Positions 60,023-64,000 of a DNA stretch of 64,000 nt are shown here, in pieces; position 1 is the first letter of the stretch; the number at the start of each line of letters is the position of its first letter. The stretch covers positions 1,922,001 to 1,986,000 of the forward strand of contig JBLDXI010000025.1 of the NCBI GenBank assembly GCA_047495785.1, written 5' to 3'. A model generated the notes under the pieces. That model saw only the letters and a program-made list of their open reading frames with translations, was not told the DNA's origin and did no database searches. The position numbers were made by a program, and so were the translations under genes. This stretch comes from Lepidodermella squamata (taxonomy: Eukaryota; Animalia; Gastrotricha).

Positions 60023-61391
60023 TCATAATAAGATCCAAACATGGATGTTTTCATCATCAGTCACAGTTTCACAGCGCTGGTTGCGCAGGCGGCATAAGTT
60101 AGCCGGGTATGAGCGTTTGTAAGAGAAAAACGTGAATGCAACACAGCCGGCGGTGAACTCGCATTCCCGGGCACAAATTTCAGGAGTCGCTGGTTGAATA
60201 CTCCGCAAGAAGCCAGTAGCATTGCAGGATCCATTCAACTCAAGAAATCTATGAATGGGATTAATTGTCGCATAACCAGGTGATGTAGTAAGTATCTCAA
60301 TTTCCTCTGTCGTTGTAGGAGTGGCTGAAGTTGTAGTTGTCGAAGTTGAAGTTGTTGTAGATTTTGTAGTTGATGAAGTAGCTATGACCTTAGCAGTCGT
60401 CCTAGTAGTTGATGTAGCCGGTGTCCAAAGCAAAACTGGGGCTGGCGGAAGATCTAAGTCATTGCTACTAAACAAGATAACATCATCACTTTCCGAATCC
60501 ATCTGAAAGAAGATATATTAAAACGATAACAAAGCAAATTAGAGACCAACAATCTCATTCATTATTTTCGTTGGCTTCGTTGGTGAGATGAAGATTGGTC
60601 GAAGATCAGCTGTTGTCTCTTTGAATTGAATGATTACGTTATCTTCCCGACTCGATCCCTCTGTGCAGAAATATTCGCACTCATCTGCGGTTTGGAAGTT
60701 GTTCGAGTTAGATTCACAGCCCATCCACGTAAAGGGCTGACATCGACCGGTTCGAAATTCGTAGTAATATCTAAGGCTAGGCTCAAAGTCATACATTCCC
60801 TCAGGGCAGAACCCTGACAAGCCTGGCATAAGACACTCAGGTGCTACAATAGATCTCAAATAGGTGATAGAGTTATTCAATCTAACGTCGCTTACGTAAT
60901 CGCTCGATTGAAGATACAGGCGTCGTCGGACGATGCGTTGACGTTGTAGGCGGAGCTGAAGTTGAAATTCCATGGTTTCTAATAATGTTATGGTATTTGT
61001 TGTTATAGCGAGTTGTAACTCCGCTGCAGAACATGACGCAATCAATCTCGGCGTAAAATGCGTTCGCATTGCCGTGACATCCTCCGTAAATAAAAGGTTT
61101 GCATCGATTATCAACCGGATCGTAAAAGTACATCGCCATGTACGTCTTACAGTCCCCGGCTACGGGTGGCAAACCGCAGATCGTCGCTCGGTTACCAATG
61201 TTATTCTCGATGTTTTTAAGGTAGTTATTCATCGCGCTGAAAATGAGAGCGTACATATCAGGCTGCGGAGTTTCTATTTTCTTCGCAGGTCGAAGGTCGG
61301 GGTTGTTCGACGCAATCTGCTCCGCCATCAGCTGGTAGAATAGATGAGTAAGGACTATCATTCTGATTGATTTAGAAAATACATTCAACAT
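60023..61391 (-). CDS. Kunitz-Kunitz-mucin-PAN protein; multi-exon; start uncertain
   Basis: FIYGGCHGNANAF and FTWMGCESNSNNF Kunitz cores, Thr-rich linker, CARECEFTAGCVAFTF PAN module. Confidence 0.8.
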
Positions 61392-61569
61392 GGTTTTCAA
61401 TGCATCACCTAGCTATGCATCTTCCCATGCTATGATAAGTAATATGGCGCGGTCTGTTTTGCCCCGCACAGCCCCTTGAGACCCTCACTGAAGAGTCAGC
61501 CGTGTAGCGATATAGCAACCTGTTTATTTCTCAACAGTATTGAAGAAGGTGTTTTTATTGGTCGCGTTT

Positions 61570-62323
61570 TCATGGCGAAAACAGTCCTTTTCTCAGGAAA
61601 AATGTACCGTCTGGTATCTTTCTCTGAGTCATAGCACATTTCCCAGTAAGTTGACACACACTGTAACCAGACTCGCGGCCATCATGATACAAAAAGCCAA
61701 CACATTCCACTGGTCCAGATGTTTCTGTACAGTCACGAGCGCAGTCTTGAACTGTTTTGAAAATTGTCGTGCTTAGAATAGGCCCGAGGCAGTTACCACG
61801 TAGTGGGGTGTAGTTAAATCCGGTCCCTAGATATGCTTCAGTCAGGCGACTATCAATTTCTGGCTGCTGAGAGATCGGACCAGCACCTGAAGCACTTTCG
61901 TCATCAGTAACAACAATGGACTGTTTCTCAGATTTTGAGGATGATTGTTGCTCCTCGTCTTCCTCGAACTTTTTCCATGAACACCGAGACATGCACTGCT
62001 TAAAATTTGCAAATCGGTTCGCATTTCCTGAAAATATAACCGTGAGTGACCAATCATAAAACATTTCGAACTGAATGCATACCCCCGCAGCCTGAATAAA
62101 CGAATTTTTCGCAAATGTCCCGATCTGCTAGGTAAAAATATCTATCCATGCCTCGGTTCGGCTCCAGGCAGTTGCCAAAGTCCATATCAAGACCGCAAAT
62201 AGGATCCTTCAGGCCATTAGGCCCTTCTTCCGCTAGTAAAATTGGTGGCGCTATCAAGTTTGCATATGTTTTCGCCAAAAATTGATAAATTATGATGATA
62301 CCAACGGAAAAATTCATTTTCAT
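61570..62323 (-). CDS. Secreted Kunitz-PAN protein; 2 exons
   Basis: Signal peptide; FVYSGCG|GNANRF Kunitz split by an intron; CARDC...CVGFLY...CQL PAN module. Confidence 0.85.
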
Positions 62324-62538
62324 TTCAGGGCTGCGTGGTTTTACCTTGAAGTTGCACTAAAATGAGGTGTTAACATGAGTTCCTGGCCACCATGTTTACG
62401 CAAGCCTGGACTAACTCAGTGGTGTCAACTCAAAGTCAACAAGGAGTAAAGTAGGTGCGAGCTGTTTTCTAATGCTCAGACCTTTATTTATTTTTCTCTC
62501 AAAAGAAAAAAACACCGGGAATTCAGCGACTGTCTAAC

Positions 62539-63894
62539 TTATTTCTCGGATATAGGAATGTTGTCTGAATCGTCAGCAGGTTTGTTCGAATCGTCCGGTT
62601 TCGGCGCATCAGGCTTAGCCGCATCATCGCCATCTGTATTATCTGGTGGTGTTTCGGTTGTAGGTTCGGCAGTAGTAGTAGTTTTGGTAGTTGCTGCTGC
62701 CGTAATTTTGTCGGGAGTTGTCCTTGCAGCAGTGACAACGTTTGAAATCACGCTTACGCGTCCAATATTAATCGGAGCTATGGAAACAGTTAATTTGTAA
62801 ATTTCCAAATATCTTATGTGTAATAATACAGATAGTATAGTAGTACTCACGCCTTGTAGTAGCAGTTGTCGCCGCCCTTGTAATCTCAGTTTCTTCGGCA
62901 GAATCTACTGGCTCATCAGTAGGCTCGGTTACAACAGGCGATTTCGCGTTTTGCGTTGCTCGAATCGTGGTGGTAATAGTTGTGCCAGGACGAGTAGTTG
63001 CTTCAGCCCGATTGGTTTCTAAATAGAATGTTATATGAAGAACAGCATTACTAATCAAGTCTCACTCTGCGTTGCGGGTGCTGCAGTACTGGATGCCCTT
63101 ACCCCAGTTATGGCGCTTGAGATTGTAGCTTTCAACCACGCAGCTCCAGCACATGCCCTAGCTATAACTACAACTCCTGTAGCTGGGTTAACACTCGAAA
63201 CGATGCCAAGCAACTTTTGCTTTCCATCAATCTCACACATCACCGGGCCACTCGAGTTGCCTAGAACAGCCTTCTGCTTCTGATCAGCCACGGTAGCACA
63301 AGCTGAGGCTGATGTCTTGCCGCATTCGCTTCTCGCGATCACGTTTAGCTTGACTTTATTGAGCGTTGTCGCGCTTGACCATCCCAGCGCGGTAGCTTCG
63401 GCACAACTGTCAACTGAAGGATCGGCCTCATCAGGATCTTTGTCGCAATCAGTTTCCTCTATCAAACAAATAGGCGCGGCAGATGCTTGGTTGAATTCGA
63501 CCCTACGGTCTAGCCTTATCAAAGCCAGGTCGTACTCCTTATCGCCCTCTGTGAATTTGCGGTTAGGCTGGATTGTTGAGGCATTGACAGCTATTGTTCC
63601 GAAGTAGACAGTAATCCGCCGCACAGCATCGTTTGATGAGATGCAGTGAGCTGCTGTGATCAACCATGGCTGACCACTTGCAGTCGCTCCAACAATTGTA
63701 GCGGCACAGGATGCTGACCAATCTTTGTAACCTATTTCAACTCGAACAGCCCATGGATTCTCCCCCGGGTAGGAAACATCGGCAGAAACACCTCTGGATG
63801 GTTTTCTTGCCGTTGAGGTTCCGCATTGAATTGCTTGGGCTGAAATTTCAGCTATTAACAGACATCCAATCGCTGCAGCCAGAATTTGCATCAT
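62539..63894 (-). CDS. Secreted trypsin-fold (S1) serine protease or homolog with a Thr-rich mucin tail; about 3 exons
   Basis: Signal peptide, CG, PW, WLITAAHC, YDLALIRL, PICL, GW, GNSSGPVMC (canonical GDSGGP), LLGIVS. Confidence 0.85.
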
Positions 63895-64000
63895 TTTAAG
63901 GACCTACAAATGTTCAAAAGAACATTCCATTCAAATGATTTTTGAGGTAGTTTACAACCAAATTCTGACCCAATTAGAAAACATGGGTACTTTTGGCCCT

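Overview
Gene-dense eukaryotic (metazoan invertebrate) genomic DNA with short GT-AG introns (mostly ~45-65 nt), AT-rich spacers and neuropeptide, Cys-loop receptor, MICAL-like and Kunitz genes. The taxon cannot be fixed from this window. Left third: a neuropeptide-like precursor, a Harbinger-like MITE, and an interdigitated cluster of three GT6 (ABO/alpha-1,3-Gal transferase family) glycosyltransferases on + with five divergent Cys-loop receptor genes on -. Four of the receptor genes lie inside the ~8.7 kb intron of the second GT6 gene, together with a solo LTR. Middle: TMEM42-like, EF-hand rhomboid, a MICAL-like protein with 17 NPF motifs, several small orphan genes, an nAChR-like subunit with a PAR motif and two ABCG half-transporters. 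Right third: a head-to-tail array of secreted Kunitz and/or PAN-apple proteins, a Cys/Pro-repeat PAN protein and an atypical trypsin-fold protein. All gene models were spliced by eye and no database searches were run.
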